Assembly: GCF_036365525.1 (NCBI RefSeq)
Contig: NC_090418.1
Location: 7,418,304-7,482,303, forward strand
DNA: 64,000 nt
Source of the DNA: Heterodontus francisci
Lineage: Eukaryota
Direction: 5' to 3'
The notes below the pieces were generated by a model. It searched no databases, was not told the DNA's origin, and saw only the letters and a program-made list of their open reading frames with translations. Shown here piece by piece: positions 39,602 to 52,362 of this stretch; the first letter of the stretch is position 1, and each line of letters begins with the position of its first letter. The position numbers were made by a program, and so were the translations under genes.

Positions 39602-42462
39602 TTTTTTTTTTATTTCCAAAATATACTTTATTCATAAAAATCTGTAAAAATTACATTGCCAAACAGTTTCCAAACAGCACCAAAAAATACAAACATTGCA
39701 AAAGAGATCAGTTTCTTTCAATAATGTCATGAGTTTCTTCCCAACCCTTCCGTTTCACAATTGTCATGTCAATTACAGTTTTACATTTACAGCAATTGAG
39801 AATATTAACGATACAGTTCGAGGGGTTTCCCATGGATCCAGCCCCTCAGTCCAGCTTGGTGGGGGAACCTTACACTGTGGTCTTTCCCCATTGAGCCTTT
39901 GCTGCGGCTGCCCCAAGCTTTAGTGCGTCCCTCAGCACGTAGTCCTGGACCTTGGAATGTGCCAGTCTGCAACATTCGGTGGTGGACAACTCTTTGCGCT
40001 GGAAGACCAGCAAGTTTCGGGCAGACCAAAGGGCGTCTTTCACCGAATTGATAGTCCTCCAGCAGCAGTTGATGTTTGTCTCGGTGTGCGTCCCTGGGAA
40101 CAGCCCGTAGAGCACAGACTCCTGTGTTACAGAGCTGCTTGGGATGAACCTTGACAAAAACCACTGCATCTCTTTCCACACCTGCTTTGCAAAGGCACAT
40201 TCCAGGAGGAGGTGGGCGACCGTCTCTTCCCCACCACAGCCAACGCGGGGGCACTGTGCGGAGGGGGCGAGACTTCGGGTGTGCATGAAGGATCTGACGG
40301 GGAGGGCCCTTCTCACCACCAGCCAAGCTACGTCTTGGTGCTTGTTTGAAAGTTCTGGTGATGAGGCATTCCGCCAAATGACTTTGACGGTCTGCTCGGG
40401 GAACCACCCGACAGGATCCACCGTTTCCTTTACCCGTAGGGCCTTGAGGACATTCCGTGCAGACCACTGCCTGATGGACCGGTGGTCAAAGGTGTTTTTC
40501 CGCAGAAACTGCTCCACGAAGGATAGGTGGTACGGCGCCGCCCAACTGCACGGAGCGTTCCGCGGCAATGTGACCAGGCCCATCCTTCGCAACACCGGGG
40601 ACAGATAGAACCTCAGCACGTAGTGACACTTGGAGTTTGCGTACTGGGGATCTACACATAGCTTGATGCAGCCGCACACGAAGGTGGTCATCAGGATGAG
40701 GGCCACGTTGGGTACATTTTTCCCGCCCATGTCCAGAGATTTGAACATCGTGTCCCTCCGGACCCGGTCCATTTTAGATCCCCAGACGAAGCGGAAAATG
40801 GCTCGGGTGACTGCCACGGCGCAGGAGTGGGGTATGGGCCAGACCTGCGCCACGTAGAGCAACAACGTGAGCGCCTCGCACCTGATGACCAGGTTCTTAC
40901 CCACAATGGAGAGAGATCGCTGCCCCCACATGCCCAACTTTTGTCGTACCTTGGCTACTCGCTCCTCCCATGTTTTGGTGCACGCCCCGGCCCTTCCGAA
41001 CCATATCCCCAGCACCTTCAGGTAATCTGACCTGACGGTGAAGGGGACAAAGGATCGGTCAGCCCAGTTCCCAAAGAACATGGCCTCGCTCTTGCCGTGG
41101 TTAACTTTGGCTCCCGAGGCCAGTTCGAACTGGTCGCAGATGCTCATCAGTCTGCGCACGGACAGCGGATCCGAGCAGAAGACGGCGACGTCATCCATGT
41201 ACAGGGAGGTTTTGACCTGAGTGCCTCCACTGCCTGGGATTGTCACCCCTCTTATGCTCGCATCCTTCCTAATAGACTCAGCAAAGGGTTCAATACAGCA
41301 AACAAACAAGACCGGGGACAGAGGACAGCCCTGTCTGACTCCAGATTTGATCGGGAAACTTTCAGATTCCCACCCGTTGATTGACACTGCGCTACTGATG
41401 TTTGTGTAGAGCAGTTGGATCCAATTGCAGATTCCCTCCCCAAACCCCATTTTGGAAAGCACGTCCATCATGTAGGTGTGCAATATCCTGTCAAAAGCCT
41501 TCTCCTGGTCCAGGCTGATGAGGCAGGTGTCCACCCTCCTGTCCCGTACGTAGGTGATCGTATCCCTGAGTAGCGCGAGGCTATCAGAGATCTTCCTGCC
41601 GGGTACAGTACAGGTCTGATCGGGGTGAATCACCAGCTCCAGAGCAGACTTGACTCGACTGGCTATGACTTTGGACAGAATCTTGTAATCAACATTAAGC
41701 AGTGAGATGGGCCGCCAATTTCTGATTTCTATCCTCTCCCCCTTCTGCTTGTAAATGAGGGTGATGATGCCTTTTCTCATGGATTCTGACATGCTGCCGG
41801 CCAGGAGCATACTCTCGTATACTTCCAGCAGGTCCGGGCCGACCCAGTCCCACAGGGCCGAGTACAACTCGACCGGTAAGCCGTCGCTCCCGGGAGTTTT
41901 ACTCGTCTCGAAAGACTCGACGGCCTTTGTCAGCTCGTCCAGAGTTAGCGGCTTGTCCAGTCCCTCCCTCCTGCTGTCATCTAAGACCTCTGTGATAGAT
42001 GACAGGAAGGACTGGGAGGCTCTGCTGTCTGTGAGCTTCGCGTCATACAGCCCAGCATAAAAGGATTTGCTGATCCTTAGTATGTCGGACTGCGAAGACG
42101 TTACCGAGCCATCTTCTTCCTTCAGGCTGCTGATAACAGAGCTCTCTCTGTGTACCTTTTGGAAGAAGTAACGCGAGCACGTCTCATCCTGCTCGATGGA
42201 GCGGACTCTGGACCGGAAGATGATCTTGGAGGCCTCCTTGGCAAAGAGCGAGGCCTGCTGGCTCTTCACCTCTTGGAGGTCCTCCTTGACCTCGACCCCC
42301 ATTGACTGCAACCGGAGTAGATTTTGCATAATTTTCTGGAGTCGGGACAGTTCCCTCTGTCTCTCTCTCTCGCCTTCTGAACACCTTTGTGGATGAAGAA
42401 CCTCTTGATGTTCTCCTTAATCGCTTCCCACCAGTGAACTGGAGACTCAAAGAGGGGTTTCA
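39602..42462 (-). mobile_element. 5'-truncated Tx1/L1-clade LINE with an intact RT and zinc-knuckle ORF
   Basis: 819-aa ORF 39870-42329 (KTPGSDG, NWRPISLLNVDYK, DQEKAFD, GVRQGCPLSP, YMDD, CPRVGC...ETVAHLLLEC); poly(A) at 39602-39611, AATAAA at 39627-39632 (minus strand); 17-bp TSD GGACAATGGGCCAGGAC at 39585-39601 and 42463-42479. Confidence 0.95.
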
Positions 42463-42819
42463 GGACAATGGGCCAGGACTGATCAGGAAGTCGTGGTCAA
42501 GATAATCGAACTGTGGTTTTTAAAACTGAAAAACAGAAATGGAGAGAGTAGGGAGGGCTCCACATTACAGTCATGGAGAGGTAACGGGCGGTTTAACACT
42601 GCAGCCACCTGGTGTCGTGTCCCTGATGGTGATGGGTGAGGGGTGGGAGGGGATTCAGTAACACAGAGAGATTAGACCAGGAGCCTGTCCAAGGCCAACT
42701 CCCAGTCACTCCCCCAGACACAAACATCGGGTACAAAGCAACATTGGGAGAGCACAAGAGTTAACCATAGAGACCTCCTCGAAACCAGGAAACAGTGGGA
42801 AAGAACAGAAAGAGAGGAA

Positions 42820-43920
42820 TTTACAGGCTGGAATCTAATGCAGCGATACAATGCAGTTTATATATAGAATAACAGATACCCGGGAGTGAGTTACAGACTG
42901 GAATCTAATCGAGAGGTTCGGGTGGTATATATTTAGAATAACAGACACCCGGGAGTGAGTTACAGACTGGAATCTAATCGAGAGGTTCGGGTGGTATATA
43001 TTTAGAATAACAGACACCCGGGAGTGAGTTACAGACTGGAATCTAATCGAGGGGTTCGGGGGGTTTATATTTAGAATAACAGATACCCGGGAGTGAGTCA
43101 CAGACTGGAATCTAATCGAGGGGTTCAGGGGGTTAAAATATAGAATAACAGATACCCGGGAGTGAGTTACAGACTGGAATCTAATCAAGGGTTCAGGGGG
43201 TTTATATATAGAATAACAGATACCCAGGAGTGAGTTACAGGCTGGAATCTAATCGAGGGGTTCAGGGGGTTTATATATAAAATAACAGATACCCGGGAGT
43301 GATTAACAGACTGGAATCTAATCGAGGGGTTCAGGGAGTTTATATATAGAATAACAGATACCCAGGAGTGAGTTACAGACTGGAATCTAATCGAGGGGTT
43401 CGGGGGGTTTATATATAGAATAACAGATACCCGGGAGTGAGTTACAGACTGAAATCTAATCGAGGGGATCGGGGGTTAAAATATAGAATAACAGATACCC
43501 AGGAGTGAGTTACAGACTGGAATCTAATCGAGGGTTTGGGGGGTTTATATATAGAATAACAGATACCCGGGAGTGAGTTACAGACTGGAATCTAATCGAG
43601 GGGATCGGGGGTTAAAATATAGAATAACAGATACCCGGGAGTGAGTTACAGACTGGAATCTAATCAAGGGGTTCGGGAAGGTATACATGTGGAATAACAG
43701 ATACCCGGGAGTGAGTTACAGACTGGAATCTAATCAAGGGGTTCGGGTGGTTTATATATAGAATAACAGATACCCGGGAGTGAGTTACAGACTGGAATTT
43801 GATCGAGAGGTTCGGGAAGGTATACATGTAGAATAACAGATACCCGGGAGTGACTTACAGACTGGAATTTGATCGAGGGGTTCGGGAAGGTATACATGTA
43901 GAATAACACGTACCCGGGAG
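42820..43920. repeat. 69-bp satellite array
   Basis: Unit ...ataacagatacccgggagtgagttacagactggaatctaatcgaggggttcggggggtttatatataga. Confidence 0.95.
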
Positions 43921-44539
43921 TAATGTCCCTCGGCGTTGCTCGGATTCTAGCTGTTGTCTGGGCAGAAATCAGACAGAAGCTCAGAGCCCAGATCTGTGAA
44001 AGGAGGAGGGACATTGTGAAGAGATCATTTCCCAATTGGAGACGGATGTGGAACCAGAGAAATAGGAAGGAGAAAAACAGAACTAACTGGTCAGAAATAG
44101 TGAGTGTGTCACAAAGGCCGTCTCAGTATCCTGTGGTCAGTGAAGCTTCCTTCAGTCTCAGAGTGAGGTGAGGAGCTGCAATGGGGTCTAATCACCATCT
44201 GATCGTCTTACAACTCTCTGTCGGTGAGTAAACTCAATCATATTTTCCTTTCTCCGGTTCCTTTCCCCATTACAACACGCCCACCCCATCCATCCAGCCC
44301 CTCCCAAGGGCACTGAGCCTTGCAGGGCCTCCCACAGCTGCTCCTGAATTTCCATTTTATGCAAGGACGAACCAATGTGATGCCCACCCAAGTTGAAGAG
44401 TCAAGTTGGGTCAACGAGAACAGCAGGAAAACATACCAATGCACTCGCCCAAGGCATATGCAGAAAAGGGGCACAGCGCCACAGCAGATATTAGGAGGAG
44501 TGACCCAAAGATAGGTCAATGAGGTGAGTATCAAAGGCG

Positions 44540-44812
44540 GTTACAGCACTGAAACAGGGTGTTCGGCCCACCGGGTCTGTGCCGACCAACAACCACCCAT
44601 TTATACAAATCCTACATTAATCCCATATTCCCTACCACATCCCCACTATTCTCCTACGATCTACCCACACTAGGGGCAATTTACAATGGCCAATTTACCG
44701 ATTCAGCTGCAAGTCTGGAGCACCTGGCAGAAACCCACACGGTCACAGGGAGAACTTGCAAGCTCCACACATGCAGTACCCAGAATCGAACCCCAGTCGC
44801 CGGAGCTGTGAG
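44540..44812 (-). mobile_element. V-SINE in pseudogene intron 1
   Basis: Similar to 11082-11400. Confidence 0.8.
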
Positions 44813-45445
44813 GGGTTTGGGTGTTTATATAGAGAATAACAGATACCCAGGAGTGTGTTACAGGTGGGTATTTCAAATACAGAATTCCTCTATTACTGGG
44901 AGTATTCTGGAGGTAGTTGTCTGTTGGTTGAGAGACTGATTGTGATTCCTTAATAACCATTTGCTGTTTCCTCTCTCAATGATGATAAATGGAATTCGTT
45001 TCCGAGTGTCCCAGCCCCCCGGCCTGGAGGCTGTGGTAGGGAAGTCGATCATTATTTGCTGTTCATTCACTTACCCAGAAAACTACACACCCCAAAATAT
45101 TGACATTTATTGGAGACGACATTATTTTCACGGAGAATTTATATTCAACACCTCAAAGGGGTACATTCACCCTGATTACTGAGGCCGGATTGAATTCCTG
45201 GGTTCTCCAAATAAAGGGAAGGCCTGCTCCATCAGGATAAATCAGCTGAAACTGTCGTGTGGTGACATCAGGAAACAAAACCATGATGTGGCAAAGAGTA
45301 AATGGGTCATTCCTCACTGTCCGAGGTAAACGACATTCCCATTTCTCAAACTTGACAACGTTAGGAACTGGTCTGTTCATCCCACATAGCAAAAGATGAT
45401 CTGCCTAATGCAGCTGTCACCTTGACACCTGGGACATCTCCGAAA

Positions 45446-45808
45446 CCGACACTCCTGTCTGTCCAGGGTCCCCGACACAGACACTCCCGTCTGTCCAGGG
45501 GGACACTGACACTCCTGTATGTCCAGGGTCCCTGACACAGACACTCCCGTCTGTCCAGGGGGACACCGACACTCCTGTCTGTCCAGGGTCCCCGAAACTG
45601 ACACTCCTGGCTGTCCAGGGTCTCCACCACTGACACTCATGTCTGTCCAGGGTCCCCGAAACTGACACTCCTGGCTGTCCAGGGTCCCCGACACAGACAC
45701 TCCCCTCTGTCCAGGGGGACACCAACACTCCTGTCTGTCCAGGGTCTCCACCACTGACACTCCTGTCTGTCCAGGGTCCCCGACACTGACACTACTGTCT
45801 GTCCAGTG
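45446..45808. repeat. 32-bp minisatellite (short array)
   Basis: Unit acactcctgtctgtccagggtccccgacacag. Confidence 0.9.
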
Positions 45809-45844
45809 TCTGTAATACTGAGTATGTTCCCTGTGTAATAGAGT

Positions 45845-46166
45845 GATACAGCATGGAAACAGGCCCTTCAACCCATTGAGTCTGTGCCGAACATCAACAA
45901 CCCATTTATTGTAATCCTACATTAATTCCAAATTCCCACATTCCCTCAATTCTCCTACCACCTACCTACACGAGGGACAATTTACATTGGCCAATTTACC
46001 TATCAACCTGCAAGTCTTTGGCTGTGGGAGGAAACCGGAGCACCCGGCAGAAACGCACGCGGTCACAGGGAGAACTTGCAAACTCTGCTCAGGCAGCACC
46101 CAGAATTGAACCTTGGTCGCTGGAGCTGGGAGGCTGTGTTGCTAACCACTGCGGCACTGTGCCACC
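45845..46166 (-). mobile_element. V-SINE in pseudogene intron 2
   Basis: HE1-like; absent at the equivalent position (about 54825) of the intact copies. Confidence 0.85.
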
Positions 46167-47830
46167 CCAGTAACTGGAGTGTCACTGTGCTCCTGGATTT
46201 TGTCCGCATTCCTATTTCCACATCATTGCTGTGGATTTCTGTATTTCACAGCGCGGGAGCCCCAAACTACAACAGCCCAGTTAACCTCCTCACTGACTGC
46301 AACATCTCCAGAAGGCGACAAACTGGGCCAGTGGGTGATCCTAATAATCAGGTCCATGCTCGCACTGGGAATACTGACGGTTGTTTGGCTGATTGGAATT
46401 TATCTGATGAGGAGGAAGAAAGTTACGGGTAATCTGAGTATTCTGACTTCATTTGTAGTTATTTAGATAAATGTGATGCTTTTTTAAAGAAGATCTGGTG
46501 TCCCTCAATAAAACCAGTGACCATCCCCCAATGTACAATCTCTGTATGACTGGGCTCCCAACATCACTACAGCCTTGGTGCAAACTGAGGTGAAATCCAG
46601 AGGTGAGGTGAGAGTGACTGCCCTTGACATCAAGGCAGCATTTGACCGAGGGTGGCATCAAGGAGCTTGGCAAAACTGGAGTTAATGGGAATCAGAGGGA
46701 AAAACTCTCCACAGGTTGGAGTCATACCTAGCACAAAGGAAGATGGTTGTGGTTGTTGGAGGTCAATCATCTCAGACCCAGGACATCTCTGCAGGAGTTC
46801 CTCAGGGTAGTGACCTAGGTCAAAACAGCTTCTGCTGCTTCATCAATGACCTTTCTTCAGTCATAAGGTCAGAAGTGGTGATGATGGCTAGTGATTGCAC
46901 AATGTTCAGTAGCATTAACAACTTTTCAAGATACGGACGTAGTCCGTGGTTGCAATTGAGAAACCTGGCTGTAAAGTCAACCGTCATCGATTGGGAAACC
47001 AGCAAAGTCAAAAAGGGTGAAAGGAAGAAGAGGTTTATCAAGGAGTGGTGGGTTGGTGATACAAGGGTTGGGTTTTCAAAGCCATTGGTTGGACGAGGAA
47101 GGGAAGAGCGCGTGTGGTGAGGAGCTTGGGACGGAAGAGTTTGGAAACCTCAGAGGGACGATGACCATTATAGTATCACCAAAATAGACATAGAGGAGAT
47201 GTAGAGAGAGTGAAGGTGACTGGAGGTGAGAGAGGGGTCCATCAAAACACAACGAGCATCCCGTGGCATGAGTGCAGAGATACTGGACTAGTGGGGTCAT
47301 GCGCCCAGGGCTGCGTCCAGGGGCGCAGTTGGCAAATTGCCTCCAAAATGGACCCGACACTAACCCCCACCTGGCTGAAGTGAAATTGTCTCAATTTGAA
47401 GAGCTTTCCGGAAGCTCTGCAAACAGGTACAATTGATGGGAACTTGCCAATCCCAATATTTCAATCTGGCAGCATGGGCAGTTCTGTGGGTGAGGAGGGC
47501 AATAATTTCAAACCCCGCGTTCAGAGCAGAAACCCAATTTACACCTGACGTCACTTACGGTTAATATTCCTCGACCTTAGGCACTGATTCCACCGATTTC
47601 ACCTCTTTGCCGCTGCTTACACAGGCCCCAAACAGGACAAACTCGAAGACAATGTAGTGATGGGTATCACTCCTTTACACCTAAGATTCCCCGATCTTTT
47701 AACACTAACTTTCCTCGGCCACGCTCGGATTTTAGCTGTTGTCTGGGAAGAAATCAGACGGAAGCTCAGAGCCCAGATCTGAGAGAGGAGGAGGGACTTG
47801 ATATGAAGAGATAATTTCCCAATTGGAGAC

Positions 47831-47925
47831 GGAAGTGGAACCAGAGAAATAGGAAGGAGAAAAACAGAACTAACTGGTCAGAAATAGTGAGTGTGTCACA
47901 AAGGCCGTCTCAGTATCCTGTGGTC
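47831..47925 (+). promoter_or_regulatory. Putative PILR-like promoter (ETS GGAAGTG, RUNX TGTGGTC)
   Basis: GGAAGTG at 47831-47837 and TGTGGT at 47919-47924, 45-140 nt before the ATG; repeated at +8651; ETS core reads GGATGTG in the two defective copies. Confidence 0.45.
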
Positions 47926-47969
47926 TGTGAAGCCTCCTTCAGACTCACAGAGTGAGATGAGTAGCTGTC

Positions 47970-48012
47970 ATGGACTCTGTTCTCCATCTGATCATTCTGC
48001 ATCTCTCCGTCA
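47970..48012 (+). CDS. PILR-like receptor copy A, leader exon
   Basis: MDSVLHLIILHLSV plus A|GTGAGC (phase 1); joins the V exon as ...LSVMMINGNDFRV. Confidence 0.8.
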
Positions 48013-49057
48013 GTGAGCAAACCAAATTTTATTTTCCTTTCTCGAGTTTCGTGCCTCCATTTTAACATCCCTGCTCTATCCATGCAGTCCCTCCCAGGGG
48101 CCTCCCACAGCTGCTCCTGGCTTTCCATTTAACACATGGATTAATCAATTGCCACCAATGTGATGCCCACCCAAGTTGAAGAGTATAGGAGGGGGAACAA
48201 CAAGAACAGCAGGAAAACCTCCCAAGGTGCTCGCCAGAGGCATACGCAGAAAAGGGGCACAGTGCCAAAGCAGATATTAGGAGGAGTAACCCAAAGATAG
48301 GTCAATGAGGTGGGTCTTGAAGACAGAGAGAGGCAGAGACGTTTTAGGGATGGAATTCCAGAGTTGCGGAATGAGATGGCTGAGGGCACAGACCATAATG
48401 TTGGGGCAAAGGGAGTGAAGTCAGCACAAGAGACCGAAATTGGAAGAATGCAGATATGTCGGAGGGTTGTCGGGCTGGAGGAGGTTACAGAGATAGGGAA
48501 GGGAGGAATCGAGACCATGAAAGGATTTAAAGACGAGGATGAGAATTTTACACTGGGGGCTTTGGTGGTCTGGGAGCCAGTGTAGGTCAGCAAGCACAGT
48601 GAGAGGGGAGGTGACTGGGTGAACAGGAATTGGAGTGGATAGGGTACAGTACAGCAGAGGTTTGACAGATGAGTTGAAGGTTAAGGAAGGTGGAGGATGG
48701 ACAATGGGCCAGGACTGATCAGGAAGTCGTGGTCAAGATAATCGAACTGTGGTTTTTAAAACTGAAAAACAGAAATGGAGAGAGTAGGGAGGGCTCCACA
48801 TTACAGTCATGGAGAAGTAACGGGCGGTTTAACACTGCGGGCACCTGGTGTCGTGTCCCTGATGGTGATGGGTGAGGGGTGGGAGGGGATTCAGTAACAC
48901 AGAGAGATTAGACCAGGAGCCTGTCCAAGGCCAACTCCCAGTCACTCCCCCAGACACAAACATCGGGTACAAAGCAACATTTGTAGAGCACAAGAGGCAA
49001 CCATAGAGACCGCCTCGAAACCAGGAAACAGTGGGAAAGAACAGAAAAAGAGGAATT

Positions 49058-51612
49058 TACAGGCTGGAATCTAATGCAGCGATACAATGTAGTTTATATA
49101 TGGAATAACAGATACCCGGGAGTGAGTTACAGACTGGAATTTAATCGAGGGGTTCGGGGGGTTTAAATACAGAATAACAGATACCCGGGTGTGAGTTACA
49201 GACTGGAATCTAATCAAGGGGTTCGGGGTTTTTTTTATATCGAATAACAGATAACCGGCGGTAAGTTACAGACTGGAATCTAATCGAGGGGTTCGGGGGG
49301 TTTATATAAGGAATAATAGATACCCGGGAGTGAGTCACAGACTGGAATCTAATCGAAGGGTTCATGCGGTTTATATATAGAATAACAGATATCCGGGAGT
49401 GAGTCACAGACTGGAATCTAATCGGGGGTTCAGGGGGTTTATATATAGAATAACAGATACCCGGGAGTGAGTTACAGACTGGAATCTAATCGAGGGGATC
49501 GGGGGTTTATATATAGAATAACAGATACCCGGGTGTGAGTTACAGACTGGAATCTAATCGAGGGGTTCGGGGGGTTTATATATAGAATAACAGATACCCG
49601 GAAGTGAGTTACAGGCTGGAATCTAATCGAGGGGTTGAGGGGGTTTATATATAGAATAACAGATACCCGGGAGTGAGTTACAGACTGGAATCGTATCGAG
49701 GGGTTCAGGGGGTTTATATAAGGAATAATAGATACCCGGGAGTGAGTCACAGACTGGAATCTAATCGAAGGGTTCATGCGGTTTATATATAGAATAACAG
49801 ATATCCGGGAGTGAGTCACAGACTGGAATCTAATCGAGGGGTTCGGGGGGTTTATATATGGAATAACAGATACCCAGGAGTGAGTTACAGACTGGAATCT
49901 AATCGAGAGGTTCAGGGGGTTTATATATAGAATAACAGATACCCAGGAGTGAGTTACAGACTGGAATCTAATCGAGGGGTTCGGGGGGTTTATATATGGA
50001 ATAACAGATACCCGGGAGAGAGTTACAGGCTGGAATCTAATCGAGGGGTTGAGGGGGTTTATATATAGAATAACAGATACCCGGGAGTGAGTTACAGACT
50101 GGAATCGTATCGAGGGGTTCAGGGGGTTTATATATAGAATAACAGATACCCAGGAGTGAGTTACAGACTGGAATCTAATCGAGGGGTTCGGGGGGTTTAT
50201 ATATGGAATAACAGATACCCGGAAGTGAGTTACAGGCTGGAATCTAATCGAGGGGTTCAGGTGGTTTATATATAGAATAACAGATACCCAGGAGTGAGTT
50301 ACAGACTGGAATCTAATCGAGGGGTTCGGGGGGTTTATATATGGAATAACAGATACCCGGAAGTGAGTTACAGGCTGGAATCTAATCGAGGGGTTCAGGT
50401 GGTTTATATATAGAATAACAGATACCCAGGAGTGAGTTACAGACTGGAATCTAATCGAGGGGTTCAGGGGGTTTATATATAGAATAACAGATACCCAGGA
50501 GTGAGTTACAGACTGGAATCTAATCGAGGGGTTCGGGGGGTTTATATATGGAATAACAGATACCCGGAAGTGAGTTACAGGCTGGAATCTAATCGAGGGG
50601 TTCAGGGGGTTTATATATAGAATAACAGATACCCAGGAGTGAGTTACAGACTGGAATCTAATCGAGGGGTTCAGGGGGTTTATATATAGAATAACAGATA
50701 CCCAGGAGTGAGTTACAGACTGGAATCTAATCGAGGGGTTCAGGGGGTTTATATATAGAATAACAGATCCCCAGGAGTGAGTTACAGACTGGAATCTAAT
50801 CGAGGGGATCGGGGGGTTTATATATGGAATAACAGATACCCGGGAGAGAGTTACAGACTGGAATCTAATCGAGGGGTTCAGGGGGTTTATATATAGAATA
50901 ACAGATACCCGGGAGTAAGTTACAGACTGGAATCTAATCGAGGGGATCGGGGGGTTTTTATATAGAATAACAGATACCCGGGAGTGAGTTACAGACTGGA
51001 ATCTAATCAAGGGGATCGGGGTGTTTATATATAGAATAACAGATACCCGGGAGTGAGTTACAGACTGGAATCTAATCGAGGGGTTCGGGAGGTTTATATA
51101 TGGAATAACAGATACCCGGGAGAGAGTTACAGACTGGAATCTAATCGAGGGGTTCAGGGGGTTTATATATAGAATAACAGATACCCGGGAGTAAGTTACA
51201 GACTGGAATCTAATCGAGGGGATCGGGGGGTTTTTATATAGAATAACAGATACCCGGGAGTGAGTTACAGTCTGGCATCTAATTGAGGGCTTTGGGGGTT
51301 TATATATAAAATAACAGATACCCGGGAGTGAGTTACAGACTGGAATCTTATCGGGGGGTAAGCGGGGTTTATATATGGAATAACAGATACCCGGGAGTGA
51401 GTTACAGACTGGAATCTAATCGAGGGCTTTGGGGGTTTATATATAAAATAACAGATACCCGGCAGTGAGTTACAGACTGGAATCTTATCGGGGGGTTTGC
51501 GGGGTTCATATATAGAATAACAGGTTACCCAGGAGTGAGGTACAGACTGGAATCTAATCGAGGGGTTCGGGGGTTTATATATAGAATAACAGGTACCCAG
51601 GAGTGTGTTACA
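49058..51612. repeat. 69-bp satellite array (about 37 units) in intron 1
   Basis: Tandem 69-bp units. Confidence 0.97.
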
Positions 51613-51664
51613 GGTGGCTATTTCAGATACAGGATTCCTCTATTACTGGGAGTATTCAGGAGGT

Positions 51665-51793
51665 TCCGAAGAAGGGTCACTGACCCGAAACGTTAACTCT
51701 GCTTCTCTTTCCACAGATGCTGCCAGACCTGCTGAGTGATTCCAGCATTTCTTGTTTTTGTTTCAGATTTCCAGCATCCGCAATATTTTGCTT
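51665..51793 (+). mobile_element. Short Penelope terminal-repeat insertion with hammerhead-like core
   Basis: CCGAAGA-A-GGGTCA C TGACCC-GAAACGTTAAC; flanked by GTATTC(A/T)GGAGGT at 51652-51664 and 51794-51806; empty site at about 44902-44914. Confidence 0.75.
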
Positions 51794-51873
51794 GTATTCT
51801 GGAGGTAATTGTCTGTTGGTTGAGAGACTATTTATGATTCCTTAATAACCATTTGCTGTTTCCTCTCTCTCAG

Positions 51874-52242
51874 TGATGATAAATGGAAATGATTTCCGTG
51901 TGTTCCAGCCCCCCAGCCTGGAGGGGGTGGTCGGGCAGTCGATCATTATTCGCTGCTCATTCACTTACCCAGAAAACTACACACCCCAAAAGATTGACAT
52001 TTCTTGGAGAAGACTTAATTTTCACGGAGAATTTATATTCAACACCTCAAAGGGGTACATTCACCCTGATTACCGAGGCCGGCTTGAATTCCTGGGTTCT
52101 CCATATAAGGAGAAGACCGGCACCATCAGGATAAATCAGCTGAAGCTTAGTGACTCGAACCAGTATTCCTGTCGTGTGGTGACATCAGGACACAGACCCG
52201 AGATGTGGCAAAACATCCCTGGGACATTCCTCTCAGTCCGAG
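51874..52242 (+). CDS. PILR-like receptor copy A, IgV exon
   Basis: Acceptor ctctctcag|, donor G|GTAAAC; FRVFQP, GQSIIIRCSFTYP, ISWRRLNFHG, IHPDYRGRL, IRINQLK, YSCRV, WQNIPGTFLSV parallel the PILR motifs. Confidence 0.88.
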
Positions 52243-52362
52243 GTAAACGACATTCCCATTTCTCAAACTTGACAACGTTAGGAACTGGTCTGTTCATCCC
52301 ATATAGCAAAAGATGATCTGCCTAATGCAGCTGTCACCTTGACACATGGGACATCCCCGAAA

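Larger units (their letters stand above)
44181..46428 (+). pseudogene. PILR-like pseudogene (leader 44181-44223, V 44980-45325, TM 46252-46428)
   Basis: V acceptor AG>AA (44978-44979), CGA>TGA stop at 45180-45182, 23-nt deletion (cttagtgactcgaaccagtattc) relative to the intact copies; TM exon open. Confidence 0.88.

Noticed and set aside
47625-47782. Candidate cytoplasmic exon GPKQDKLEDNVVM (also at 56276)
   Set aside because: Acceptor and phase fit, but the donor is weak and read-through runs into the next promoter; kept only as an alternative in the findings
49472-51010. 512-aa minus-strand ORF (also 58123-59661)
   Set aside because: Translation of a 69-bp (23-codon) satellite lacking stops in one frame; intronic and antisense to the receptor gene
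51874-52242. Rearranging Ig/TCR V segment or NKp30 ortholog
   Set aside because: G strand is encoded in the same exon, which ends at a splice donor with no RSS; SWRRxxFHG and WQxIxGT fit PILR better than NKp30, though this needs a phylogeny
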